The translations under genes and the position numbers were made by a program. The notes below the pieces were generated by a model, which was not told the DNA's origin, did no database searches, and saw only the letters and a program-made list of their open reading frames with translations. A stretch of DNA of 64,000 nt from Lepidodermella squamata (lineage: Eukaryota; Animalia; Gastrotricha): assembly GCA_047495785.1 (NCBI GenBank), contig JBLDXI010000031.1:310001-374000 (forward strand), read 5' to 3'. This document shows, piece by piece, positions 25,460 through 38,684 of this stretch (position 1 is the stretch's first letter; every line of letters starts with the position of its first letter).

Positions 25460-26404
25460 ATGCTATCAGCTGTAACAGTGGTTGTAGCCATTTCTTCGTG
25501 CATTTCAATTTTGCACGCGGAGCCACCTCAACTGGCTCCTGGTGTTGGCGCTTCAATCGGTCGCCAGTGGTATCATCAGCTGGCGTCAAACAATTCAACA
25601 GCCATGGTCGAATTCGTAAATTCATTGCCGACGCTCTGTTCATCAAACGACGCCGCGGAAGATTTGCCTGTTCGAATGATGGCCGCCTACTACGACGCCA
25701 ATAAGTTGGCGCAACCCGACTGCACCGAGCCGACGTTCGATTCCTGCATGGTTTCCATTGGCGGCGATACCCTCAAGCGATGGCTGGAGTTTCGCTATCA
25801 AGCGCCGTATGTGTGCCAATTTATTTCTTACCAAAATCAATCTTTAATAGACCAACTTGACTCGCTCCTTGTAAATTCCCGGTATTATGAGCAAATTAAG
25901 GTGGCGATTGAGAATTTTTTTATTCGTTGCGCCATATCTCAAATTTTCTGGTTGCCCAAGATGGAAAATGAGTTTAATATTGCCCGTGGGTTAGTTTACG
26001 TTTTCCTTATTACAATCGGTCTTCTATTTGCTTGCATCTGCTCGAAAGTATTGATAGTTTTCGCATTGCAAATGACATTAGGGGAAATTCTTATTTCAAT
26101 TTCGTTCCTACTAACTGATGACATCGTCAATGATAACATCTCGCCGCATCTGATCTGCCTTATTTTTCGTTACGCCCTTACTGTGCGCTTTCTTTTCTAC
26201 AACTGTCCCAAAAACTCGGAAATAGGAAAGCTTTTAATGCTAGTGAAATGCTGCGCGAAACAAATTGTTGTGAATTCGCGAAAGCGAAAGGCGGCTACTT
26301 TCGATGAAGAAGCTCTCGTACCCGCATTAGACAGTCCGCCGAAAAATCCGCCTCGCAGAACAACTCGTAGTTCTAATGCTTCAAATCGTAATAACGCTGC
26401 TTGA
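25460..26404 (+). CDS. Signal peptide, Cys-containing lumenal domain and ~3 TM segments; GEX1/KAR5/Brambleberry-like (tentative)
   Basis: Intact 314-aa ORF. N-terminal hydrophobic leader; LC...PDCTEPTFDSCMVSIGGDTLKRWLEFRYQAPYVC matches by eye the Cys-rich domain pattern of that family; three hydrophobic segments; basic C-terminal tail. Confidence 0.6.
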   Translation: MLSAVTVVVAISSCISILHAEPPQLAPGVGASIGRQWYHQLASNNSTAMVEFVNSLPTLCSSNDAAEDLPVRMMAAYYDANKLAQPDCTEPTFDSCMVSIGGDTLKRWLEFRYQAPYVCQFISYQNQSLIDQLDSLLVNSRYYEQIKVAIENFFIRCAISQIFWLPKMENEFNIARGLVYVFLITIGLLFACICSKVLIVFALQMTLGEILISISFLLTDDIVNDNISPHLICLIFRYALTVRFLFYNCPKNSEIGKLLMLVKCCAKQIVVNSRKRKAATFDEEALVPALDSPPKNPPRRTTRSSNASNRNNAA

Positions 26405-26703
26405 AACTGTTCTCTCGTCTATTTTGAACTAACAATGTCTTTTTTGAGAAACTAGCCCACTTCTGTAATTTTTCGAGTCTCAATCTCTTGTACAGTTCGG
26501 TTAAAGTTTTGCCGCCGCTTTTTTCAATTATTCGCGAAGGTTACTTATTACTATTGTTATGAAAAATGACAGTCTTGTTTTTCGGCTGAACTAACAATTT
26601 TGATTTTGTGAGCTTGGGAACTTTTACTTTCAACGTAAATTGTTGCTTTTACGTGGACGTTTTTTATGATGTATAAAAAATAAAATCACGAGATTTCGGC
26701 TCC

Positions 26704-28004
26704 ATGGTTGAAGAAAACTTGGAAACCGACAAGCTTTCAATAATTAATTTTTGTGTTTTTTTGTTATTTAGAGCTTTGTTTTACATTGAAATTCTGCATC
26801 GCATGGCGGTTTTTCTGTCGCAAGCCGCGCTCGACAACCACGTTCGCGCAGAGATCTCGCGCCAGATCCCGGCCAGCTTCGCCGATTCTATGCTCGCGGC
26901 GACTTTGGTACCGCCGATCATCACCGCTCCGTTTATCGCCCCTTCAGGGTGCTTGCAGTCTCGGTCGGAAATTTGCCTTTTCCCGACAGTCCCGTTCTGG
27001 GCACAACAACAAGCAGCTGCCTATCAAATGCAAATGCAGTTTCAGCAAGCCTCCTCGAGCTTTTTGCCACCTTTTTCACCCTCTCCGAAGCCTAAAGAGA
27101 CCGGGCGCCGCGAAAAAATCTGCCGCTTTTGTAACACCAAGCGAAGCAGCAACCACTTTCAACGGCACGTTCGGAATTGCAAAGCGGCGAAAGCCAGGAA
27201 TGTCTCGATGGAGGAGCGCGAAATTGCCGCCACTATGGGCATCACGGCGGAAGCCCGCGACCGCGATGCCCTGCTAGAAAAGGTGTCATCCAAGGTCGCC
27301 AGTGTCGTGTCTAGAGGCCTCTCACGCGAGATACGGCCAATCAAGTGTCCGAATTCTGTTTCGAAACTTCCCGTCATCGTCGAGCGAACAGCTACATCGA
27401 CTACGTCGGGCCAGCTTAAGCAATGCAGCGAACATTTCAAGACGCTAATTGAGCTGTATCACGGTGGTAGTCGCTACAGATGGCTGCCCAAGAAGAAATC
27501 GAATACCAGGAAAGCAAAGAAAACTCGTCTCGCGTCGATTTTCACTCTATCAAGGACCTACAACCTCGAACAACTGGAGAGTTTCGACCACTGGGATCGA
27601 TTTTTCGAGTCGGGTGGCGCCATCTTACGTTTGAATCAGCCGAAAGTTGTCAAAAAATCGAAGGGCAAAAGCAAGCCGGCTACAGTCGGTCGCCGTGCCC
27701 AGTACTCTCGGATCAAAGAGCTAGGCGACTTTGTTTCCTGGCTTGCGGCGAATGGTCACATCGTCGAATCTCCGAAGCTGAAATCATTGCTCTTGGATAC
27801 AACGTCGCAGCTTCTCCAAGGCTCAAAACGAGAAAGCGGCCTCAAGAAAACCGAAAGAGCGAAGTTTGCCCATGACATGGAGCTACCGATGAAATTTTAC
27901 CAGCACATCGACGAGCTGATCGCTGAACGCCGAAAGGGGCTGAACCTTTACGGGCTCAAAATCGCTCGAATTGCAGTTGCGGCCAATTCTCATACCGGTT
28001 GCCG
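26704..28004 (+). CDS. Tyrosine recombinase exon 1 (C2HC zinc finger, ends inside the catalytic Arg codon)
   Basis: Zinc finger CRFC-x12-H-x3-C. The ORF ends NSHTGC-CG followed by the consensus donor GTGAGT at 28005. Alternative start Met at 26803. Confidence 0.8.
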
Positions 28005-30162
28005 GTGAGTAACAGCTTCGTCTTAATTTTTCAAACATAGCGCAGCCGGTTTTTCCTTTGGATTAACGATGAATCATGATTGAGTCATCAGAGCGTCATT
28101 TGGCTGTAGTGAAAGAATCGAAGTTTTCTCCGCGATTCTTCGCGATTCTTCAATTTCAAGGTGTTTTAAGGCGATTTGGAGCCTGTTACTACCTGCTGCA
28201 TCCGGAAACGGTTTCCTCAATAGCACCCGGTTCAAAAAAATTACGCCACTGATAAATCAGCAATATCATTTTATTTCGGCCGGCCATCGCGGCCATCGCC
28301 GTGAAAATAAGAAGGCAATTGGAGAAAAATAATCAGATTCACAACAATTATGCGCAATAAAATATTGACAGGAATGATCATAATTCAAATTTTCGCAGCC
28401 GGGACGATTTTGAAACCGCATACTTCCTACAAGATATCAATACTCAGTAAGCTTTGAGGCATTCATCAGCTGACAATAACCAGGTTTCCTAAGTGAAAAG
28501 TGAAAGTTACCTCAAAGTTGGGCATAGGTATTGACGCCAAAATTGAAGCAGGGAAAGAGCAATAAATAGGCATTAGAGGCACTGATAAAAAATCCGATTG
28601 AATTTAAAGCCGCAATATTTAATGGAAAATTAATACAATTACTCGAGGAATTTTCAGGCAGAATGAAAGCCGATTGAAAACAATTGATAGTGATAGAGAA
28701 TGTTCACGGCCAGCGGGGATTCTTCGCAGATCATAATAATATAAACAAGAATTTATTATTTGCAAGAATTCTTTGAAACTTTAAACGAAAATTTACAAAA
28801 TTGGTCGAGTCAGAAAGATGTAAGATTTTTCCATTTTTTTTTTTAATTTATTGTAACGCGGGAAAAATTATAGCCATGGTTGGGAATCTGGAGGCATGAT
28901 TTTCGCTAAAATCTGAGAGATTCGAACTCCATTTTTGAGGAACGAGAAAAAGATTAATTAATAGCGCAGTTTCCTACACTAACGTTTAAAAAATAATGAA
29001 AAATTCTACATTTTTTTCTGCACAATGAGACATCAGTACAGTCGTGTAGGACAAGGTGTCACGGCAGCATGAAATAGGAGCACGCACAAATTCATACATA
29101 ATTTACGTTATAGTCACGCGCGAGTAGTTTAATTTAGGTAAATTTAAAAACCACCTACTCACACGTTATAGCTGAAATTTTTTTCGAACATTTCTGGTAA
29201 AAGCTGTTATCAGAAGTAATTTAAACGAAGAGATAATAACATCGCAGTCGGTTTGAAAAAAAAGATGGCATATTAAATGCGACCATAACTACTGCAGTTT
29301 TGCGCGCAAAGTTCGAATTCACTAGAGCGTGTCGCATTGAATTCAGACCTGTACAAGGTGGCTAAAAAGTGCGTAATTTTTGCCGTCGCTAATCAGACGT
29401 ATTACAGTCAGTGTGAGCAACTTTTCACAAGTTCTGTAGATCTTGAAAATCAGACATCCTGGTGCCGAGTTTGAGCCCAATTCAGTTATGACATCGATTT
29501 GCGCTTTTACCGCCGATACTCGGGGTTCACGTTACAAGTGAGGCTCCAGCAAGAGAATTCTCAACAATTTTTGCCTGGGATTGCGGGGTAGGTAATTATA
29601 ACGCCACGTGCGGTAAGCTAACGAGAAAATACTAGGGCCTACAGAGCCGATACGGACGGATTTATGCATTATTTGATAGAAAATCATTTTTCAGAAATTT
29701 CAGTAATCGATTGCAGATTGCAGCATCGTCATATTTTCTACATAAATGTATAAATCAGACGGTACCTGGTACCCAAAAATGAGGAGAGGTTATAATGTCC
29801 ATACAAGTTGCTTATCAATATTGTAACGCATAAAATGTTGATAAAACGACGCGAAAACGTGTAGCAGCGCCAAGGCTTGAATTCAGTACTGGAGCCTCAA
29901 ATTGCTGAGAGCTGGGTTCCAATTTTTTATTAATAAAAGCCGTATAACCGCAGCTCTCAGTGCATGTTCTGTGGCGTGTTCAATAAGGGTTAAAATTATG
30001 GTATCAATTGGCCTAATAAGCCGAATTCAACTAAAAGAAGATATCATCACATATTATCGAATGAGAAAGTATCATCTGAGTATGTGGCCGAAAGGAAATT
30101 CAGCACTGGCTTGAAATTATTGCTCGATTTTCGATCGCACACACCGGATCGTCAATCAGATG

Positions 30163-30430
30163 TTCCATAGCTGGGCGTTGGTTCGGTAGCATGCAGGAAT
30201 GACAGCTGAAATAAAATCAGATATTAAAAAAAATAGAAAACGCAAGAAATTTTAAAATTTAAAATTGAATTATTTGAAATTTTGAAATTTTAATAAAATT
30301 CCATAGCTTGGCGTTGGTTCGATGGCATGCAGAAACGAGCTGAAATGAAATCAGATATAAGAAAAATGGGGAACGCGAGAAATTTTAAAATTTAAAATTT
30401 TAATATTTGAAATTTTGAAATTTTAATTTA
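30163..30430. repeat. Two-copy diverged tandem repeat, ~135 bp
   Basis: TTCCATAGCT(G/T)GGCGTTGGTTCG...GAAATTTTGAAATTTTAAT occurs twice. Confidence 0.75.
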
Positions 30431-30748
30431 AAAAATGGATGATTAGAAATATTTAAATTTTGAATGACATCGAGGATCAAGGCAATAGACAAATTCAGGA
30501 AATTTCTTAAAAAAAGAGGTGGAAAATCTGATAAATTACCGAGCTTTCTGTAGACTATATCGATATCGAAAGCCAGTAAGCTGCACGCACTCATCGGTCA
30601 AAGCATCACCAATCGATCGGCTGCTTTCCAATCTAAACAAAAATAAGAATATCATAGATGTTGCAATTTTTCATTCATAATGGCGCCGTTACAGTAAAGC
30701 TGGGAGCAGGGGGAATACCAGGTTAAAAATTTGGCAGTTGCGCAGTAG

Positions 30749-30877
30749 GGGTCTATTTCATCTGCTCGCGGAATATTTGTTTTTCATTGTGAAATTCCAT
30801 TTTTCTGATTTAAAATGAAATTAAAAGAAATTTCACAATGAAAGAGTCAATTTTCCGCGAACCGGTGAAATAGACCC
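30749..30877. mobile_element. Small foldback MITE (PIF/Harbinger-like)
   Basis: TIR GGGTCTATTTCA / TGAAATAGACCC, largely palindromic body, TAG on both sides. Confidence 0.55.
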
Positions 30878-33800
30878 TAGGAGTTGCATAGGGCCTATTA
30901 ATTTTCAGATTTATTCACGAAGGAAAACAATAAAATTCTTCATAATCAATAAATTACAAAATGAAATTTGAGGCTGAAATCCTTATTATGGTTTGCTATG
31001 AAACCGATAGCCTGACTTGATTTCAGCGTCCAATCAATTCTTAGGAATTTGATCTGTTGGTAGGGGATTAAGAGGGATCAAATTGAGAAATTTACCTTGG
31101 GAAAACAGCTTAGGTCAGCTTTGATTCCTGATTAGCATTGCCGTAACACAACTGGACTAACGGTGTGGTTAAACGGCCGCAAACTTGAAACTTGGCCGGC
31201 GAATCGACAGCCATGCATCAAAAAGTGCCGCGATGAAAAAGCGAAAAATACAATTCTAAAATTAAAAAAATAATGAACTGAAGGATGAACGGCATGCGGC
31301 ATAAGCCAGTAAGACAATTGCGACGCTTGGATTGTTACGTGAAAATAAGTGCGCAACAACTCCAAGTTCGCGCACAATGAAGAACACGCACGAAAAAATT
31401 GAGAAATAAAAATTGAGAAAAAAATCCCCTGATAACAAATAAATTTAATAAAAAATCGGAAAATACCCAGTCCGGCCTAATAGTTCCTGGCGTAAACGCT
31501 TGAAGGTTGAACATTATGCATGCAATTAAACTTTGGATCGAATTTAAATGAAAATTTTCAGTGAAAAGGAATTGGAAATTCGAAGAGCTGCTAATGCCTA
31601 TATTTGTGGAAAATAATGCCCAGAATATGTGTATCGCGAAGGCTGACAGAACTGAACGGTTTGATTTTACCATAGCGTTGGTGATAGTTAAGAGCCAGGT
31701 AATACAAAGAGTTACCACAAACCCACAAGCGAAAGAAATAAAAAATTTCTAAATTTCTAAAATTAGGCTCGAATTAAACCGATTTTTCAGACAATTCCAC
31801 TTTTCGCTCAAAAAATTCGGCTTTCGGCAAGCTCGCGTTTTGGATTGACAGTTTTCCAGCAGTTAAATTACCATAAAATTGTCATGATTCGCAGCTATTG
31901 GTTTGTATTGAGGTAAAATTATCAGACTACATTTTTAGAAATTTTACAACACTTTCTGATTTTCTGAATTTTGGCAAGTTATCACGCCAAGAAAATGCCA
32001 TCATTTCAAGATGAAATATTATTTCAATGAAAACAATGACCCGTCAAGCAAGGCGAGTCATTTAACACCAGAAGTTGAACGCAAAAGGGGCCGCAGCGAT
32101 GAAAGAGCAACGCGATGATAATGATGGCTTTTCCGCGCGTTGAGGTCATGCGGCTGTTTCTATAATTGAACGTAATAAAATAAAGCGGCAGACACTGACG
32201 AAGTGTTTCAGCCTAAAAGCAAAGAAACTTCCTCTAGTACCTGCTAGGGACTGGGGATAAATATTGATAATTTGATTTGGCAGAATTATTTGCTCGTACT
32301 GCGACGAGTTAATCCTTCTGACCATTGTTGCGCAATCGGATTATTTACAAACCTTCGATTTCGTTATTGCGGGTTCGAATTTTTCGCTTTTGTATGCTTA
32401 CAATTTTTCTTGAGTAATTAACTGCTTTTGGCTAATTTTCGATTATTCTACCGCAGCGACCTTGAAATCGTCGCTGAAGCAATGAATTTAGCTTGATGGG
32501 CGGCGGTTTTCTTATAATTTAACGTTACTTCTATTTGCCTCTTATGAACACTAAAATTGGAGTGCAAGTTTCATAAAATCGAAAACTTTTTCATTGGTAG
32601 CACATAGAATTTTGAATATTTGAATATAATATTTGAATAGTTTCGTGACGTTATCAGTTACCTATTTTACATGCTTACCGCTACGAATTCCTGCAACTAT
32701 CGGACGCGAAGTGGAATAACTAAGTAAGTTTCATGTCTTCATTGGAATAGGCTGCTGTCTACAGAAAATAAGAATTTTTTAAATTATTACTTTCCTTCGC
32801 GCCAGAAATCTCAAATTTGATAATGAGACGTATTTTTACTTTGCCAAGCCGTCTACTAGTAAGAATGACAAAAAAATTATCAACAAAATGTCTGTTTTTA
32901 AAGGAGATTTCAAAGTAGAAAAAGTCTTGAAATTGGCGGTTTTTTCAAGAAAAAAACAGGACAGCGTGAATGAGCATCATCAATAGTAGTAGTTAGTGAA
33001 GTTTATTCAAGAATTCCGAAACTTAGCCAAAAAATTCCAAAAGGTGGGTCGAAACCTCGAAATTAGAATTTTTAGTGTAGTGCAAAAAAGTCGCTATGAG
33101 CCCGCTAATCCCTCAGAGTGAATCACGCTAGTACTAAACATGCGAGAAGCTGGAGGGGGTTCGGAGGGGGTTCGGTTTTACAATGAAAAAATACTCCTCC
33201 GCCAGTAATGTTACGTAATGTGCTTCACTCACAATGAAAATCGAGACTCATTTTTTCGACTGGATTTTTTGCATGACAACCTAACATTGTGCTCGGATTA
33301 TCACCATTTTTTTCGAAAAAACACACCGTTTAAATTTTCCAATTGCGGTTAATAGAAAAATGAAACGGAAAAGGAAAAAGCCATAAAATCTAGACAATAA
33401 ATAGGTGAATCCCGAATCTCGTCTATACGTCGCTCGTCGTCAAAAATTGAAAGCAATTTTATCAGCATTTTTTACGCGAATTTTTATTTTTTATCGGCTA
33501 TGTGGAATTACTGTGGGCTGTGGGGTCGATGTGACAAAATGAAAAAAATGTGAAGGAAGACACGCTCCGTTTCACGTATTTCTACAATTTTCTATTTTAA
33601 ATTATTTAGCATGCCGTTATTATCAAGCCGAGCCGGTACCAAATTCCAAGACCGAACTTTCGAAAAGGAAAAACCTAGAACATCAGTCGAGCGTGCTACG
33701 AAAAATGTCGTTTAGTCGTTGGTCGTTTAGTGGCATCGGACTCGACAGTGATGTACCAATTATTACCAGTACGATGACGGCCTAATTCATAGCAACGCGG

Positions 33801-34977
33801 TTGAATCAAGCGAATTCGCCGAAACCATTCAACCGTGAAAATTTCGTATAAATCGAATACTGTTTTGGCAATCGTCCTTTTCGATTGCCCGGCGAGGCTT
33901 TGTAGCCCTCTAGCTTCGTTCAGCCAAATCCTTATCATGACACAACGATGACCCGAAAAGCATCGGTATCTACTTCGTCAATTTCTCTCTAAACCTATTT
34001 TCCCGCAATTTTACCGCGAACGAAGCGCGGTCAATGAGGTTGCATCGAATTCATCCAGCCGTTGCTACGCAGCTGGTGAGGTTCTTGTTGTTCTCGTCTC
34101 TTGCCTTCTTGGGGAAGCATTGAGCTGGAAGCTTCAAGTTTCGTTGGATCCAATTTGGTACTCGTGATCTGATTGAAAGGTCAGCTATTTCTTTCTATTA
34201 TTTCTCCGACTGATTATTCATCAAATATTTGTAAAACGGGCCTTAAATCAACGACTTGTGTCTTGTGTTGAATTTTTTAGCAAATGTTCTCTGAAATTTG
34301 TAGCTGTCGTCATATTTGCCCCGGACATCTCCCACGCTTGAGCTCCGCTAAATTTATTGATTATTTAAAAAAATTATAATTTAAAAAATATTATTTTTTC
34401 TTTGTTATCCATTTTCAGCCTCTATTATAATTTTTTATAACGACTAATTTTATGCCCCTCGTCAGCTTCGATCACCTTGGTTTAAATTTTCCAGAATTTT
34501 TCGCTATATCTCCACCCACATTTCTCGGCGACCTCAGGCGTGAATTAGAGCCCTCGAGCCTTTTCTCCCGGATTATTCCGAATTTTTCTAAATTCATAAA
34601 CTGTTTTTGAAAAATTCCCGGAATGAAGAAAAATGCTAGAGGTTCTATCGTGATTTTCAGGGGGAAAATAAATACAACAGCTTGAAAACAACAGTTGATT
34701 ATCTTCTGATGAAATTAAGCTGGATCGTTTTCTAGCGGGTCCAATTATTCCGAAAATAATTCCAAATATTTCCAAAAAATAATATATTCAGTTTCTTGTA
34801 TTTTAACTCAGGCTACCGTAGCCGCTGATACCCGATACAATTTGAAATGAATGGAATCGGAGTCGAAACTAAAACGATCGCAAATCGGGGACTCTAGTTA
34901 ATTCGAACAATGCTCGGATTGTCGGCTAAAAATTACCAGAAAATATTCTGCGACTCGATTTCTAAAACCGGCGTGCT

Positions 34978-35534
34978 GAGGTGCGTTTTTTATTAAAACC
35001 GAGGTGCTATTGTTCAGCGCTGTGATCAATTTTTCGGTGAGATTCGCAACAGAAAAATCACAATCGGCACGTCTATCATGAACTGACCGGCTCGAATTGC
35101 GGTCAAGGCCGGTCAGAAAAGACAAATCCCCGCGCGGATTAAGAACATTTGGCCGCGGCTAAATCTTGACATGGCTGTAATTAATTTACGGCCATGCAAC
35201 ATGTGACCCTCGTTAATTTCTGACCCCATGTCTTAAGAGCTAATTTTATCCAAACTACGCAGAAAGGGTTTTTATTTTCTCTGCAATTATCGAACATGAA
35301 ATCGATTTTAAAAAAAATCGATCAATTTGGTAAAATTTATGAAAATCCAAAGCGTTTTAGGCGATTTCTGACCATTATTTTGAATCCAAGGGTGCCGACA
35401 AGTTCGAATTTCTTAATTTTAAATTTTTGAGTTTTTGATGGGGTTTGAGAAGCTCTAACTTTTCGTGTGTCATCTGGTGTTAATTGATGTAATTAGTCTT
35501 CAGCACACCACGGTTTTAATAAAAAACGCACCTC
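34978..35534. mobile_element. MITE with GAG...CTC termini (Sola-like, tentative)
   Basis: 24-bp perfect TIR GAGGTGCGTTTTTTATTAAAACCG. Flanks TGCT / TGCG. Absent from the paralogous block near 48330-48375. Confidence 0.65.
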
Positions 35535-35825
35535 TGCGAGCGAGCTCGTCGGAATGACTCAACCGTGACGGTATTTACAATTTACAAGTCATTGTGCCTT
35601 CAGTCGTCATTGAGAAGTCGCAGGCGGGCAACAACTTCAGCCTGGACGAGACAAATTTCCTGTTCAATCAGTCTTGTTAAAGGTAAGAATGTAGCTATAA
35701 TTTTATCGTATGGATTTTCATCGAGAAATTTAATGTTTTACAAGTTCGAAAAATATCCCACTCCTCTCTATTACTTTCTACTCTAGTATTTTCTCTATCC
35801 AAATTATTTATAAATTATTTTGAAA

Positions 35826-36457
35826 GATACTTTAATCCGCAGCAATTTTTTTCTTTTCGCAGCAAATTTGTTCTTTCCGCAGCAATTTTTTTTTCTCGCA
35901 GTATCACTTTCTTTTCGCAGCAAATCAACGTTTTTTCCGCAGTAAATGCTAATTGAATAACTAATTGAAATAACATAGCCACCGAACTATATTAAGGCTA
36001 TTCAATATTTAAAATGTATACCCGTACATGTACATGTATCCCGTGAAGAAATGCCTCAAAAACCTTTAAGAAATAGCCCCACAATGTTTCTCGTTGGGCA
36101 AATCTTAATGCGGTATGAAATTTCATTTAACTCAATACCTAACCAGGTTAGTCGGTTATTCAACTGGTTAGGGTTAGGTTAGGGTTAGATGCTGGGTCTT
36201 AAAATCGGGGACTTTGAACGGATTGGTATATTTTGGTATGAGGATATTTCAAGACTCTAAGCCGTCCTAGATTTTCATTTTCGTTTACTATTATTTATAT
36301 TCCCCGTTCTTTTCCTATTTTAGCTAATAAAAATAAATTGCTGCGGAAAAAACGTTGATTTGCTGCGAAAATAAAGCGATACTGCGAGAAAAATAAATTG
36401 CTGCGGAAAGAACAAATTTGCTGCGAAAAGAAAAAAATTGCTGCGGAAAGAAGTACC
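35826..36457. mobile_element. Foldback element with ~115-bp inverted arms made of ~20-bp subrepeats
   Basis: (TT)CGCAGCAA-type repeats at ~35836-35942 are mirrored at ~36335-36450. Absent from the paralogous block near 48610-48650. Confidence 0.7.
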
Positions 36458-36852
36458 GTCCATTATTTTTTATGAATATCTGGCCGTAATCAATTAAGGT
36501 GAATTCAGCTTGGTGTAGATTATTTCGATTTTTTTCTTTTTTCTCCATGATTTGGTGATGATTCGCGACAACTCAGCTGCTAAGATGCATCTTACGTTGT
36601 GACACTTCTTGATTCGCAGGTGATCATGATCGAAATTTTATCTAGCTTTCAACTTTTAACGAGCCTCGCTGTGATTTTTGCATATTTTTAGCTCATTTTA
36701 GTTGACAATTGATATCGTGAAAAACAGGGCAGCCAAACCTTTCTATTCCTCCTTTTAACGTCTTATGTTATGCCTTTCCTCAGCTTCAATCACCTGGGTT
36801 ATAAAATTCGTTTTTTCACCATACTCACCCACATATTTTAGGCGGATTTACT

Positions 36853-37505
36853 TGTCATCGGATTAAACACTCAACACCAATACGTTTCAAAAGGTTTATT
36901 CATATTTTCAATACCAGCTACCGGTTTCAAGCCACCAACGCTCGAACATCAGAAATGAGTTACGACGCACCTCCGTACGCAACAATAATTCGTAACTACG
37001 CATCAGCAATCTCGAAATACGCAATAGGAAATCGATCAGCAATCGATTCAAAGATAATGCGCAATCAATACGCAATAGGAATAATGACTCATCTCCATGA
37101 TGCAATCGATACGTCATAATAATTATGACTCATCATAGCTTCGACTTAATAAATATGAATCATCTATAGAAAGTACTATGATGGATCTTGGCAATATTCC
37201 AATGACGCAGTAGCATGAGCCTATATAAACTCCATGTTTCTCATTCTGTATCAACTAACTAACAAGCTTAACTAGCAGACCACTAGAACTAGCAAAGCTA
37301 ACGGCTCACGAGCTTTGATTAGTTTATGACACTAGAGTTACGTGTGCTACTAACTGTCGACGAAGTCATCCGAAGACTTCTGCCCTGTGTCACCGAACAA
37401 GTGTCGCAATAAAATATCAAATACCAGAATTAATTCTCTATCTGTTATTCGAGTTGATCAAGCTACTGGTTTGATATAACTCTGTTCTAATAGATAGGTG
37501 TGACA
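36853..37505 (+). repeat. 5' LTR
   Basis: TG...CA ends, internal TATATAAA and AATAAA; repeated at +9369. Confidence 0.95.
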
Positions 37506-37510
37506 TATTC

Positions 37511-37523
37511 TGGTGGCAGCGGT
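37511..37523 (+). other. Primer binding site, probably tRNA-Leu
   Basis: TGGTGGCAGCGGT just after the 5' LTR, complementary to the ...ACCGCTGCCACCA 3' end typical of tRNA-Leu. Confidence 0.75.
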
Positions 37524-37697
37524 TAGCGAAACCACCCCAATCACAGAACAATTACGGCGCAACACGCTAGAATTGACATTTATCGCCCAAATCGGAAGAA
37601 GAACCTCAGGTTCAAAAAGGCAACTCAACGAGTCAAACAAGCATTGATTCTTTACTACAATATTCGCTACAAACAAGTAACCAGCACATGGTAATCG

Positions 37698-38684
37698 ATG
37701 GCACACACCACTCTAGAATTACAAAGATGTCTTCACGCTTTGCCGAAAATCTCGAGCGAATCACCAGAAGAATTCGAGGAAAGCTGGCAGCATTTCAGCG
37801 CTATTGCCATAGCATGCGGAGTAGACGACACCGCAGCAACTCGCGACGTATCAGCCACAGCGATACCAGACGAAACAACACGAACAGCAGCAGCTACAGC
37901 CCAAACAGCAGCAAGGGACAAAATTCGCATGGTTTTGAAAGTCTTGCCTGCATATCTGCCGGCTAAACTGCTCGAAATTTGGGAAGCCGAAAACCGCGAT
38001 TCGGTCTACAGCTTAAAGGCGGCAAAAGAAATACTGGCCAAAGGAGCCCATTTGGAAGTCGACAAAGCTGTCGCTGAGGTTCGATTTCAAAACAAAACTC
38101 AGCAACCCAGCGAGACAGTCCGAGATTTCCTTGCAGCTCTCAGGAAGCTGATGAAGTTAGCCGACCCGGAGGCAACAAAAGCCATCCAAGACGCAAAACT
38201 GCTTGCTCGCTTCATGGCAGGTCTACGACCAGACCTTCGAATCGCCGTCTTCAAAGCAAGCGGCGACCCAGCTACGCTCGAAAAAGCCGTTGAATTGGCC
38301 GAGCGAGAAGAACGAGCGCTTAAACTTGGCGCCATCGGCACTTCACCAGTTATCGGCAATATCACAGACTCCACGACACCATTGTTAATCGGTCTGTTGA
38401 CACAGCAAATAGAGCTGCAAAAGAAAAAGGACGAAAAGTTAGACCAACTAGCAGATAAGATGGAAAAGCTAAGAGTTGGGGAGCCGGAGGATCGACCATT
38501 TCGGCGCAACAATAACTCTTTCCGTGGCAATAGCAACGGACCGGGACGGTTCAATAACCAGAGAAGACGACCCGTTAAATGCTATAACTGCGGAAAGGAG
38601 GGCCACATCAAACGAAACTGTCGTCGCCCAACAAAAAGTGAATCCGAGCTCAATAAACCCGCCGAGCAGGACTGGGGAAACTAG
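37698..38684 (+). CDS. gag: Gag with CCHC zinc knuckle
   Basis: 328-aa ORF with QQPSETVRDF and CYNCGKEGHIKRNC motifs. Confidence 0.93.
   Translation: MAHTTLELQRCLHALPKISSESPEEFEESWQHFSAIAIACGVDDTAATRDVSATAIPDETTRTAAATAQTAARDKIRMVLKVLPAYLPAKLLEIWEAENRDSVYSLKAAKEILAKGAHLEVDKAVAEVRFQNKTQQPSETVRDFLAALRKLMKLADPEATKAIQDAKLLARFMAGLRPDLRIAVFKASGDPATLEKAVELAEREERALKLGAIGTSPVIGNITDSTTPLLIGLLTQQIELQKKKDEKLDQLADKMEKLRVGEPEDRPFRRNNNSFRGNSNGPGRFNNQRRRPVKCYNCGKEGHIKRNCRRPTKSESELNKPAEQDWGN

Noticed and set aside
26704-28008. The 434-aa ORF as a complete stand-alone gene
   Set aside because: Its TGA is part of the GTGAGT splice donor, and the frame continues at 51167.
36166-36188. TTAGGG/TTAGG-like repeats as telomeric sequence
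   Set aside because: Only about four imperfect units, inside a foldback element.
36908-37117. 69-aa minus-strand ORF present twice
   Set aside because: It lies inside the LTRs, which explains the duplication.
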